A stretch of 64,000 bases of DNA. It comes from Methanothrix sp. (GTDB lineage: Archaea > Halobacteriota > Methanosarcinia > Methanotrichales > Methanotrichaceae). The stretch's first letter is position 1. Every line of letters starts with the position of its first letter. The stretch is from the NCBI GenBank assembly GCA_963682135.1, contig OY821645.1:1024001-1088000 (forward strand). Reading direction: 5' to 3'. The position numbers and the translations under genes were made by a program. The notes beneath the pieces are model-generated. The model was not told where the DNA came from. It saw only the letters and a list, made by a program, of their open reading frames with translations, and searched no databases. Positions 28,126 through 37,177 of the stretch are shown here, in pieces.

Positions 28126-28647
28126 GTGATAAAGCCGCATAACACTCTGGAAGAGGCTGTCCTGGCCCGTCATGTTGTCTGGATGGAGAAGCGCGACGTT
28201 TTGAAGGAATACTGGGAATGGTGCTGCGTGCACAGCCGAGCGTTCGCATCCATCGCCATTGTCTCCCCCCGCAGCCGCTATGCGGTAGTGGAGATGGACC
28301 TCTATGGTCTGGGAGCAGGTGGTCTGGATGAATGTGCCGGCAGGGAGATACTGCGTATTGTGCTGGAGCAGCCCTTGAAAGCCGGGTCGTTCTTTTTCGT
28401 AAGCCCCGTCTATATCTTCGCATGTGTCCAGGAAAAAGCAGCTGTTGCCTTTGCCGAGCGCATGCGCGCCAGCGCGCAGGAGGCGTTATCCCTCGACCTG
28501 ATAACCCATGAAGAATGGCTTCACGGAGAGCTGAAGAGGTCCGATGTCGGCGGACGCAAAAAGAGCGCTTTTGCGCCGATCAGCGGTCAGGCCCGACCAG
28601 AGGTGATTGAGGCGCTTATCAAGGATAATGAAGCAGCCATTATCTAA
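28126..28647 (+). CDS. Hypothetical protein
   Basis: 173-aa ORF filling the gap between neighbours; no recognisable motif. Confidence 0.5.
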   Translation: MIKPHNTLEEAVLARHVVWMEKRDVLKEYWEWCCVHSRAFASIAIVSPRSRYAVVEMDLYGLGAGGLDECAGREILRIVLEQPLKAGSFFFVSPVYIFACVQEKAAVAFAERMRASAQEALSLDLITHEEWLHGELKRSDVGGRKKSAFAPISGQARPEVIEALIKDNEAAII

Positions 28648-28728
28648 GCATACACCTAACCAAATCTATTTGGCCGGGTAGTGCCATATTATTGGACCAT
28701 ATTATTGATTCGCAAGGAGGCGGCAAAG

Positions 28729-29154
28729 ATGAAACGCGCATTATTCGCTCCGTTAATAATGCTCTTCGCATTCAGTTTGATGGGCTCGTCGCTGGCCTTG
28801 AGCGACTACCAGAGAGGCGCCCTGGATGGCCTGAACTGGGGATGGAACATGTCCCACCGATATGATCTGGCGAACGCGGGAGATATTGATCCCTATAACC
28901 AGGCAGTTGCCGAATACAACGCCTGGATTCGGGCCTTATTCGGCATGAATGAATCGTTAATGCTACAGACATTTGCTGCATCGGCCAAATTACAGCCCTA
29001 CACCATTACCAAGACCTATAATCCCATTCATAGCATTGATGCCAGTTGGAATCAAAGCAAGTCATTGCTCCCTGAGCCCGATGCTTACGGCATGGTCAAT
29101 GGAATTCCTGCGGAGATCTACTATTCCTTTGGACCGGCCCTGCAAAATTTCTAA
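28729..29154 (+). CDS. Secreted hypothetical protein
   Basis: AGGAGG RBS; signal peptide MKRALFAPLIMLFAFSLMGSSLA. Confidence 0.65.
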   Translation: MKRALFAPLIMLFAFSLMGSSLALSDYQRGALDGLNWGWNMSHRYDLANAGDIDPYNQAVAEYNAWIRALFGMNESLMLQTFAASAKLQPYTITKTYNPIHSIDASWNQSKSLLPEPDAYGMVNGIPAEIYYSFGPALQNF

Positions 29155-29156
29155 TT

Positions 29157-29951
29157 TCATAACACATCCTTTACCCGGTCGTAGCTGAAGACCGGCCCGT
29201 CCTGGCAAGCATGATAGGGACCGATGGCGCAATGCTCGCATTTTCCCACGCCGCATTTCATGTGCCGCTCCAGGGAGACGTAAATATCCGCCCGGTGAAA
29301 TCCTCGATCCATGAGTTTTCCAGCCACAGCATTTATCATCACCGGCGGGCCGCAGATGGCGGCTGAGCCTGGGCCCACATCGAATTGGTCGATGAGGTTT
29401 GTGACCAAGCCGACATTTCCTTTCCATAGCTCGTCACCGATGTCCACCGTCACTGCTACCTCCATGTCCGCCCTCTGCCAGCCCTTGTACTCCTGCATGA
29501 AATAGAGGTCCTGGCGGGTTCGCGCTCCGTATGCCACAGCCACCTTGCCGAACTCCTCCCGCCGGTCGGCAATGTAGTTGATCAGTGATCGGAGAGTGGC
29601 AAATCCCGAGCCCCCACCGGCGATGACCACATCTCTCATCATCCGGTTTAATGGAAAGCCGTTCCCATAAGGCCCGCGTATTCCCACTATATCTCCGACC
29701 AGACAGTCCATGATGCCGCTTGTTACCTTTCCCGCTCGGCGGATGCATAATTGCAGGCTTCTTCTTGTAGGTGATGACGCTATAGAGATGGGACATTCAC
29801 CCAGTCCAAAGACGGAGATCATCACAAACTGACCGGGCAGATACCTGAAATCAGCACCCTCTTCCAGGAGCTCCAGTGTGATCAGGTAGGTGTTAGGAGA
29901 CTCTATATCTATGTCCACAATCTCGGCTTGCATGGGGATGTACTCGCTCAT
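29157..29951 (-). CDS. FAD/NAD(P)-binding 2Fe-2S oxidoreductase (AsrB / sulfhydrogenase gamma / FlxA-like)
   Basis: PGQFVM, RGPYGNGF, AGGSG, CGPP, MKCGVGKCEHC..C.DGPVF. Confidence 0.9.
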   Translation of the reverse strand: MSEYIPMQAEIVDIDIESPNTYLITLELLEEGADFRYLPGQFVMISVFGLGECPISIASSPTRRSLQLCIRRAGKVTSGIMDCLVGDIVGIRGPYGNGFPLNRMMRDVVIAGGGSGFATLRSLINYIADRREEFGKVAVAYGARTRQDLYFMQEYKGWQRADMEVAVTVDIGDELWKGNVGLVTNLIDQFDVGPGSAAICGPPVMINAVAGKLMDRGFHRADIYVSLERHMKCGVGKCEHCAIGPYHACQDGPVFSYDRVKDVL

Positions 29952-30950
29952 CTATCTCGCCACCCTATGGCTCTCCACGGTCAGATTGACTCGATTTATG
30001 GCTGCAGGACAGGTTAGATGGCAGCGTCCGCATCCCACGCAGCCGGGAAGACCTGTGATCACTGGGATGTCCTCGAACTTGTCCTGGTACCAGTGATGCA
30101 GTCGCTCTCCCGGCGTGCGCCTGGGATTGGCTCCACCAGTCAGCCGGGAAAATCCGGATAAGAGGCAGGAATCACGGCAGCGCAGTCTCTCCCCATCCGG
30201 AACGCCCGAGTCCAGGATATTGAAGCAGTGGCAGACAGGGCAAACGAAGGTGCATCCTCCGCAGCCCAGGCACTCCTGGCCCAGCGCCTCCCAGTCGGCA
30301 TTTTTCATAGCCTCCCTGATTTGAGCGCTGGATCGATCCTGTGGCATGGCCACTCTTGCCACCTGCAGGAGCCTGGCCTTCTCTTGAAGATGCCATGGCT
30401 GCGCTGGCTGCAGGAGGTTTTCGCCGGCATTCAGAATCAATATGCCTGCGGGCGTCTCGGTCTCGCATAAAAATCCTTCCCCAATATCGGTAATCTCTAT
30501 ATCGCAGGGGTCTACAGCCACCGGCCCTGCTCCAAACGCTGTGCAGAAGCACTCTCTCCCGGGTGCGATACAGTTTTGCACGACCAAAGCCGTGGCCCTT
30601 CGGCGGCGAAAGTAAGCCTGGTCAGGGGGCTGCTCTCCAAAGATTTTATCCAGCAGCGCTATGGCGTGCAGATCGCAGGGCCGGATGGCAAAGAGCAGTC
30701 GAGGATGGATTTGCTCCTCTTCGAAGGTGTAACGCCCATCTTCCTGAACATAGCGAAAGAGCACCTCTTTATGGGGGTGCAGGAACTCTGTAGGAGGAGA
30801 GAGGGTTTTTGTCTCCAAATCAAGGGTTTGACCTTGCCAGGTGGCAAAGACCGGTCCTGCTTGTGTTGCCAGCGGTGCGATGACCTCAATATGCCGGCTC
30901 AGAGTTTCCAGCAGGGGAAGAAGTTTGTCTCTCTGGAGGAAGGCCTTCAC
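29952..30950 (-). CDS. 4Fe-4S dicluster protein (AsrA / sulfhydrogenase beta / FlxB-like)
   Basis: IRPCD, C..CFC, CLGCGGCTFVCPVCHCF, CVGCGRCHLTCP. Confidence 0.9.
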   Translation of the reverse strand: MKAFLQRDKLLPLLETLSRHIEVIAPLATQAGPVFATWQGQTLDLETKTLSPPTEFLHPHKEVLFRYVQEDGRYTFEEEQIHPRLLFAIRPCDLHAIALLDKIFGEQPPDQAYFRRRRATALVVQNCIAPGRECFCTAFGAGPVAVDPCDIEITDIGEGFLCETETPAGILILNAGENLLQPAQPWHLQEKARLLQVARVAMPQDRSSAQIREAMKNADWEALGQECLGCGGCTFVCPVCHCFNILDSGVPDGERLRCRDSCLLSGFSRLTGGANPRRTPGERLHHWYQDKFEDIPVITGLPGCVGCGRCHLTCPAAINRVNLTVESHRVAR

Positions 30951-32980
30951 GATATCACCTTTCGCAGACGTGCTGCTGAGACCTTCAGCTCCGCAATCTT
31001 GGAAATGGGATCGAGATACTGGGCGGTTAGCGCATTGGCCGGTGCCTCGGAGAAGTGAATGGGCAGGAATAGATCTCCTTTGGGAAGGCCCTTCGCCAGT
31101 CGCGCCTCCACCGTAATGCTGCCCCGCCTGGTCTCCACAATAACCATCATGCCTTCTCTAATGCCCATAAGCTTTGCATCCTCGGGATTGATCTCCACAA
31201 AGGGAGCGGGAACCTCTCTATCCAGAAGAGAAGTCCTGCGAGTCATGGTTCCGGTATGAAAGTGGTAGAGGCTGCGTCCCGTAGTGAGCATCATGGGATA
31301 ATCTGCATCTGGAGTCTCAGGAGGCTTTATGTACACAACCGGTCGGAGGCGAGCCCGGCCCTGTGAGAAGCAATCGACATGCAAAATGCTCGTTCCCGGA
31401 TGATCTTGGGATGGGCAGGGCCATTGCAGTCCCTTCATCCCCAGGCGCTCGTAGCTGATCCCACCATAACTGGGGGTAAGCGATGCAATTTCTTTCATGA
31501 TGTCACCAGGCGAAGAATAATCGGCATTTAGCCCTAGCCTTCCCATCAGGTCGCAGATCCACTCCCACTCCGCTCTCGCATCACCGGGTGGGGAGACAGC
31601 CTTGCGGACGCGCTGCACCCGTCTCTCGGTGGAGGTGAATGTCCCGTCCTTCTCGGCAAAGCAGGCCGCAGGAAGGACGATATCCGCAAGAGCTGTAGTT
31701 TCCGTTGGGAAGATATCGCAGACCAGCAGGAACTCCAGCTCTTTCAGGGCTTTGACGACTTGGGAAGAATGGGGGTAGCTGAGGACGGGATTTTCGCCAA
31801 CGATTATCAGGCCTTTGAGATCTCCTGCCTTTGCGGCCCAGAGCATCTCCAGAGCGGTGAGTCCGGGTTCCTCGGGAAGCGAGGCGCACCAGGCTTCCTC
31901 GAATTTGGCGCGGGCCTTGGGACTGGATACGGGGGTGTATCCGGATAGTACCGTAGGAAGAGCGCCCATATCACATGCCCCCTGAACATTCTGGTGACCG
32001 CGCAGAGGGTAAATGCCCGTCCCCTCTCTGCCTACATTTCCTGTGACCAGAGCGAGGTTGGCCAGGGCCTGAACGATGTCGGTCCCCTGAGCATGCTGGG
32101 TGACACCCATGGCATAGACGATTGCCCCGCGCTTTGCTCCACCAAAGATCGATGCCGCCTTTTCAATATCTGCGGCGGCAATTCCCGAGATATCTTCTGC
32201 CTTGTCGGCGGTGTAGGCTCTCGCCGCCTGCTGCGTCTCTTCGAATCCAACGGTACGCTCTTCGATGAATTGCCGGTCGATCAGGTCTTGCTCTACGATG
32301 ATATTGAGGAGACTGTTGATCCAGACGACATCGGTTCCCGGCCGGGGTCTGAGCCAGAGGTCGGCCAGCTTTGCCAGGTGCGTTTCTCGTGGATCGGCAA
32401 CAATTAGCTTTGCTCCTCTGGACCGGGCCCGGAGGATATAGGAGGCCACCAACGGATGCTGTTCGGTAGTGTTGGACCCGACAATCAGAATGGCGTCGGA
32501 GTTCTCCAGACTGGAGATGCAGCCGGTCATAGCGCCGCTTCCCAAGGAAAATCCCAGGCCGGCAACCGTGGGAGCATGGCAGAGCCTGGCCACGTGGTCC
32601 ACGTTGTTGGTCCCCAGCGCCCCGCGGCCCAGTTTCATGAGCAGATAGTTCTCCTCATTGGTTCCCTTGGCTGAGGTAAGAACGCCATAGGCCCGCGGTC
32701 CGTACTCCTTCTGGATGCTTCGCAGGCTTGCCGCCGCCAGAGCGAGGGCTTCATCCCAGGTGGCTTTGATCATCTGGTCCCCTAGCCGCATCAGCGGATG
32801 GACCAGCCGATCTGGATGGCCTACGAAATCGCCTGCCAGCCAGCCCTTGATGCACAAGCTGCCCTTCGACATAGGATGAGCGGGCGAGGGTGAGGCGCCC
32901 ACGATCCGGCCAGCATCGATATGCAGGAATAGCCCGCAACCGCAGCCGCAATAAACACAGGTTGTATGAATTTTCTCCAT
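30947..32980 (-). CDS. fdhF: Formate dehydrogenase alpha subunit (Cys-type molybdopterin enzyme)
   Basis: TTCVYCGCGC, LCIKG, DHVARLCH, LRGHQNVQG, EKDGTFTSTERR, LTTGR; start set to ATG 32980. Confidence 0.92.
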   Translation of the reverse strand: MEKIHTTCVYCGCGCGLFLHIDAGRIVGASPSPAHPMSKGSLCIKGWLAGDFVGHPDRLVHPLMRLGDQMIKATWDEALALAAASLRSIQKEYGPRAYGVLTSAKGTNEENYLLMKLGRGALGTNNVDHVARLCHAPTVAGLGFSLGSGAMTGCISSLENSDAILIVGSNTTEQHPLVASYILRARSRGAKLIVADPRETHLAKLADLWLRPRPGTDVVWINSLLNIIVEQDLIDRQFIEERTVGFEETQQAARAYTADKAEDISGIAAADIEKAASIFGGAKRGAIVYAMGVTQHAQGTDIVQALANLALVTGNVGREGTGIYPLRGHQNVQGACDMGALPTVLSGYTPVSSPKARAKFEEAWCASLPEEPGLTALEMLWAAKAGDLKGLIIVGENPVLSYPHSSQVVKALKELEFLLVCDIFPTETTALADIVLPAACFAEKDGTFTSTERRVQRVRKAVSPPGDARAEWEWICDLMGRLGLNADYSSPGDIMKEIASLTPSYGGISYERLGMKGLQWPCPSQDHPGTSILHVDCFSQGRARLRPVVYIKPPETPDADYPMMLTTGRSLYHFHTGTMTRRTSLLDREVPAPFVEINPEDAKLMGIREGMMVIVETRRGSITVEARLAKGLPKGDLFLPIHFSEAPANALTAQYLDPISKIAELKVSAARLRKVIS

Positions 32981-33215
32981 GAATTTCCAGGATAGATTTA
33001 TCCGGCAGGATATAACAACGTTTTGGCACACCGGGTACGGCCAAAAAAAAGCCAGCATGCCTCTTGTATTACCAAATCGAGCTTGAACAATAGTGTTGTT
33101 TCTCTTGGGGAGAACCAATTATCGCGATGTGATTATTCAACATTATTATTGTTGTTTATTAATTTGTTCTTGCATTCTGCATGTGATTGGCTTTGCAGAA
33201 ATTGGCGTGATGCCT

Positions 33216-33494
33216 TTAGAGCTTGATGTCACACAGACCGGGACGATCGCCGTTTGGAACCAGGAAGTAGACCTTTTCGTTAAGCTTGACCTCAACCTCG
33301 CTGCCTACCGGAGTAGCATCGTAATCATGGGTAACAAGGAAGAATGCCAGATCCTGGGAGTCAATGCCTCGGTCATCGAAGGAGGTAAGAAGATTCTTTA
33401 AACTGGAGATACTCTCCGTCTCGCCTGTTGCCATTACCGGATTCAAATAGACTGCAATTATGCAGATTGCCATCATTACCTTTAGCCATCTCAT
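33216..33494 (-). CDS. Small secreted hypothetical protein
   Basis: Signal peptide; DLAFFLVTHDYDATP..LVPNG..GLCD. Confidence 0.6.
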   Translation of the reverse strand: MRWLKVMMAICIIAVYLNPVMATGETESISSLKNLLTSFDDRGIDSQDLAFFLVTHDYDATPVGSEVEVKLNEKVYFLVPNGDRPGLCDIKL

Positions 33495-33800
33495 GATCAA
33501 TCACATGGCATATACAGGATATATAGACGATTTAGAAAAGAGTATTTGCCCTAATACGTCCAGAGATGTTCAACTATGGTTATGGATTTGTCTGAAGAGA
33601 CAGATGGTAAGAGAAGGATTTGCGATCTCAGCATAATCGGCTACTATCGTATGATTGCACAGTTGGCGATATCCCAGATACCTCGCCTAATTTGAAAATG
33701 AGTTTGCAGTCTCATTGCCAAAGGTTTCATTTTCATTGATTTAAGAATGAAGTTGCGATGGACAGGAAGGCCTGGCCGTCCGGCTCAGGCACAGCCCCCA

Positions 33801-34532
33801 TCACCTCGGAAATCTCTCTTTTCCATTCCCCTGATTGCTCTTCCTTTTCGGTGAAACCCTGGCGGGCCGCATCTGCTGGCCGACGAGCGGTTGAAGATAG
33901 TCAAAGAACGGCTTCATGGCAGAGAATACCCTCAGGGCGTGGTCGGCGAAATTCTCCGCCAGCACCTGTTCATCGCTTAGCTGGTGGACGAGCGTGAATT
34001 GTTTGTGGCGCAGCAGATCGATTTGAGGATGGTCGGGGGCGTATCCTCGCGGCGCGCTCTTGAGACTCTCCCCGGAGATTTCGCCGAAATACCGGAGGAA
34101 TTCGGGCGCTTCGATCACCCTCTTTATCGGTGCGGGATCCTCGGCGATTGAAGCGCGGATGGCCTGCAGGTCTGCGGACGTAGGCATGTGCGCGCCGCCC
34201 GCCAGAAGCGAGCCGCCGGGCATGATGTGGATGTAGTAAGGCAGCCGCAGAGAGTGCCTGCCGCCGGGAGCGAGCACGGCGGAGAAGTGATCTTTGTAGG
34301 GTGGCTTGTTCTTGGCAAAGCGCATGTCGTTGTGGATGCGAAAGATGGCATCTTTGGCGGCGAGATCACCCAGGGGCTCGATGGCATCGAAGCGGAAGAT
34401 GAGGCCCTGGATGAAGTCCTCGAAGAGCGCTCTGGCTCCTTCGTACTCGGGGCGGTGGGCTGCAAACCACTCGTGGTTGTTGTTCTCACGAAGGCCGTGC
34501 AGGAAAGCGAAGATGGGCTGAAAGTCGGTCAT
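33801..34532 (-). CDS. DUF2461 (TIGR02453) family protein
   Basis: FL..L.ENNN.EWF..H..EY, IFRIH.D.RF.K.K.PYK, LKSAPRGY..DHP.IDLLR. Confidence 0.88.
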   Translation of the reverse strand: MTDFQPIFAFLHGLRENNNHEWFAAHRPEYEGARALFEDFIQGLIFRFDAIEPLGDLAAKDAIFRIHNDMRFAKNKPPYKDHFSAVLAPGGRHSLRLPYYIHIMPGGSLLAGGAHMPTSADLQAIRASIAEDPAPIKRVIEAPEFLRYFGEISGESLKSAPRGYAPDHPQIDLLRHKQFTLVHQLSDEQVLAENFADHALRVFSAMKPFFDYLQPLVGQQMRPARVSPKRKSNQGNGKERFPR

Positions 34533-34667
34533 GGGAATGAATAGGGTGGCAAGCTTTAGATAATTTTTTGCTTCATGGGGAAAGGCTGGGCGAAAAAGGA
34601 GAACGATCTTCAGACCTCCAATTGGCATCTAACCTGCTGGAAACCATGATCTTCCGGCCTATCTCAA

Positions 34668-36788
34668 TCAAGCCTCTTCTTGCAGCGATTTCATGTTACT
34701 CCTTATGATCTTTGTGTTAGGATGATCTTTTCCCAGGCGCTTTTCAAAAATTTTCAGCGCCCTCTCGATGCATCTTTTTGCGCCCTCGAGGTCTCCCTGA
34801 GCTTGCAGCACCGAGCCAAGGTTGTTTGCCATCGTGGCCACGCTGGTATGATCCGGCCCGAGGGCCTTCTCATCGATTGCCAGCGCCCTCTCGTAGCATC
34901 TTTTTGCGCCCGAAAGATCGCCCTGAGCTTTCAGCACCGAGCCGAGGTTGTTGACTCTTATGGCCACGCTGGTATGCTCCGGGCCGAGGGACTTCTCGTC
35001 GATTGTGAACGCCCTCTCGTAGCATCTTTTTGCGCCCTCGAGGTCGCCCTGAGCTTTCAGCACCAAGCCGAGGTTGTTTGCCATCGTGGCCACGCCGGTA
35101 TGCTCCGGCCCGAGGGCCTTCTCGTCGATTTCGAGCGCCCTCTCAAGTACGGATCTGGCTGAGGCAAGCTCCATTCGGTTGTTCAGATATCTTCCGAGGC
35201 TATTCAGGAGATTTGCGGTTTCAAGTGGTGAGATTTCCAGCTTTTCTGCATGCTCCGCTGCATAAAATGCGTGAGAGGAAAGCTTTGAGCACTTCGCCCA
35301 AGTTTCCTGGTCCAATTGATCAAAGGAGAATGCATCGTTTACCATCTTCAGTGCAGACTCAGCCCATAGCTTCTGTTCTTGCGGGCTCATTTTATCCTGA
35401 ACCACCGCCAGCACCAGCCTGTGAACGGAGATCATGCCATCCACCACATTGATCAGCGAATATCTGCTCAAAATGGCAATGCATTCATCGAGTTCAATGG
35501 CATTCTGCACGCAGGAGGCAAGAGGCTCCGGCAGGTGTCTTGCCCCACCTTCCAACATCGTCCTTGCAATGGCGTCCGGAGCCATAAATGCGCAGAGATT
35601 GAGTAGATCTCCTGCTACGGGCCGTTCTTTTTGCACTGCTTGAAAAGAAATCTCCCAGGTGGTGGCTACAGTATCAGGATAATTTAAGGGCTTGCCGTGC
35701 TTTAGCAACTTCTTCCGGTCTTTTCTAAACCGTTCCAGATAGTCTTGGAATGAGATCCCGGTATCCTTGATGTAGGCCCCGGCCTGCTCTAAAGCCAGAG
35801 GCAGGTCTCCCAGCTCTCTGGCGAGATAGGTCGCCTCATTTCTATCATTCTGCCCGGTCCTCCTGAGAAGAAATTCAACCGATTCATCCTGTTTTTCATC
35901 TCTCTGAAAGACGCCCACCTCCAGATTATTTGCCATGCCATCCCAGCCAGATAATCGAGAGGTTATTATTACTTGGCCGCTTCCTGCCACGGGGAGATAC
36001 CTCATCAAATCATCCGGCTTTTGGGCATTGTCAAATATAAGCAGCCAGCGGGAGTTGGTTTCACTTTCTAGCCATCGCTTCACTGCTTTTATAGTCTGGT
36101 CGGTATCCTTCAAGTCCCATCCCGGCAGCTTGAGGTCCTCGGCAATTCCAACATAGTCATCAAGAAGCGTTGCGGACTCTTCGGAGCGCAGCCACCAGAC
36201 ATACTTGAAGCCGTTTTCCTGTCTATGGGCGTGCTGCAATGCGATCTGAGTTTTGCCCATGCCACCGTTGCCCACCAGAGCGAAGATCGTGGGACGGGAG
36301 GCGGTTTGAATCAGTGGTTGTGCTAAAGCAGACAGGAATTTCTGGCGACCGGTGAAGTTGGGATTGGCGGGATGCAACTTGAATAAACTCTTGGGAGATT
36401 CCTTCTCAGAATTTGTTGTGTTTTTTATATCTTCCACATCATTATTTAAAAATCGTTCCCGCTTAAAAATTCTAATTATTTTATTTCTAATTAACCAGAG
36501 AAACAAGCCGGCCAAAATCGCTAAGATCGTAAGTAAGTTTGCACCATCGGAGAGAATCGAAGAGATATCTACTCCTTTGAATACATCTAAGAAAATTGTT
36601 CCAATATCTGCAGGGACGCTATTTGCTTGTACCTGGGATTCGTTTCCTGGAATTAAGCGATCATCATTGAATTGTGATTGAGATATACTATTATTACTAC
36701 TATTATTATCTGCTAATGAGTCGACAGTGAATATGAGAAGCAAAAGCGCAACTGATATGACCATCTTTGCGGTCAGTTTTGGGACCAT
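34668..36788 (-). CDS. NB-ARC (STAND) ATPase with C-terminal TPRs and N-terminal signal/TM region
   Basis: NPNFTGR, GNGGMGKT, LLIFDNA, IITSR, GDLPLAL, VHRLV; 42-aa TPR repeats. Confidence 0.9.
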   Translation of the reverse strand: MVPKLTAKMVISVALLLLIFTVDSLADNNSSNNSISQSQFNDDRLIPGNESQVQANSVPADIGTIFLDVFKGVDISSILSDGANLLTILAILAGLFLWLIRNKIIRIFKRERFLNNDVEDIKNTTNSEKESPKSLFKLHPANPNFTGRQKFLSALAQPLIQTASRPTIFALVGNGGMGKTQIALQHAHRQENGFKYVWWLRSEESATLLDDYVGIAEDLKLPGWDLKDTDQTIKAVKRWLESETNSRWLLIFDNAQKPDDLMRYLPVAGSGQVIITSRLSGWDGMANNLEVGVFQRDEKQDESVEFLLRRTGQNDRNEATYLARELGDLPLALEQAGAYIKDTGISFQDYLERFRKDRKKLLKHGKPLNYPDTVATTWEISFQAVQKERPVAGDLLNLCAFMAPDAIARTMLEGGARHLPEPLASCVQNAIELDECIAILSRYSLINVVDGMISVHRLVLAVVQDKMSPQEQKLWAESALKMVNDAFSFDQLDQETWAKCSKLSSHAFYAAEHAEKLEISPLETANLLNSLGRYLNNRMELASARSVLERALEIDEKALGPEHTGVATMANNLGLVLKAQGDLEGAKRCYERAFTIDEKSLGPEHTSVAIRVNNLGSVLKAQGDLSGAKRCYERALAIDEKALGPDHTSVATMANNLGSVLQAQGDLEGAKRCIERALKIFEKRLGKDHPNTKIIRSNMKSLQEEA
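34760..35145 (-). repeat. Three near-identical 126-bp TPR-coding tandem repeats
   Basis: CATCTTTTTGCGCCC recurs at 34771, 34897 and 35023. Confidence 0.9.
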
Positions 36789-36986
36789 CGTTTTAACTAA
36801 TTCACAATCTATCCACAAAAAGGTTTGCATCCCCTAATGAGTCATCGTTTGATGCAGGAAGTCTCGATCAGAAATTGTCCATCTCATCGGTCTTCGTAGC
36901 TTCTCGCCTTCGAGTGATACTGCGGATCTCACGCGAAGCCAGCAACCATGATCGATGCCCTCAAACGCTATCGAAAAGGAATAGAT

Positions 36987-37148
36987 TCACTCGGGAAATA
37001 GCCGCTTGAGACGATCGAAGATCTCGTCGTGCCTTTCTTTGTTTATTACCCAGACGATTTTGCCGTGGATGTCAGTGGCTCCCCCATACGGCATCTGGTT
37101 TTTGTTTGGATCGTAGTATTGCCCCACTACATCTTCTTCCGTTTCCAT
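36987..37148 (-). CDS. Possible 53-aa small protein
   Basis: Not in the ORF track; METEEDVVGQYYDPNKNQMPYGGATDIHGKIVWVINKERHDEIFDRLKRLFPE just downstream of rfcL. Confidence 0.35.
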   Translation of the reverse strand: METEEDVVGQYYDPNKNQMPYGGATDIHGKIVWVINKERHDEIFDRLKRLFPE

Positions 37149-37177
37149 CTTGACATCCTGTTAGGATTTATCTTTCT

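Noticed and set aside
30947-33118. Selenocysteine recoding or an extended N-terminus in Fdh
   Set aside because: The active-site codon is Cys in an uninterrupted frame, and the 46 extra N-terminal codons precede the conserved start and cover promoter-like DNA.
34760-35145. Regular repeats as a CRISPR array (also 19555-20650)
   Set aside because: They are in-frame coding repeats with no unique spacers and no cas genes.
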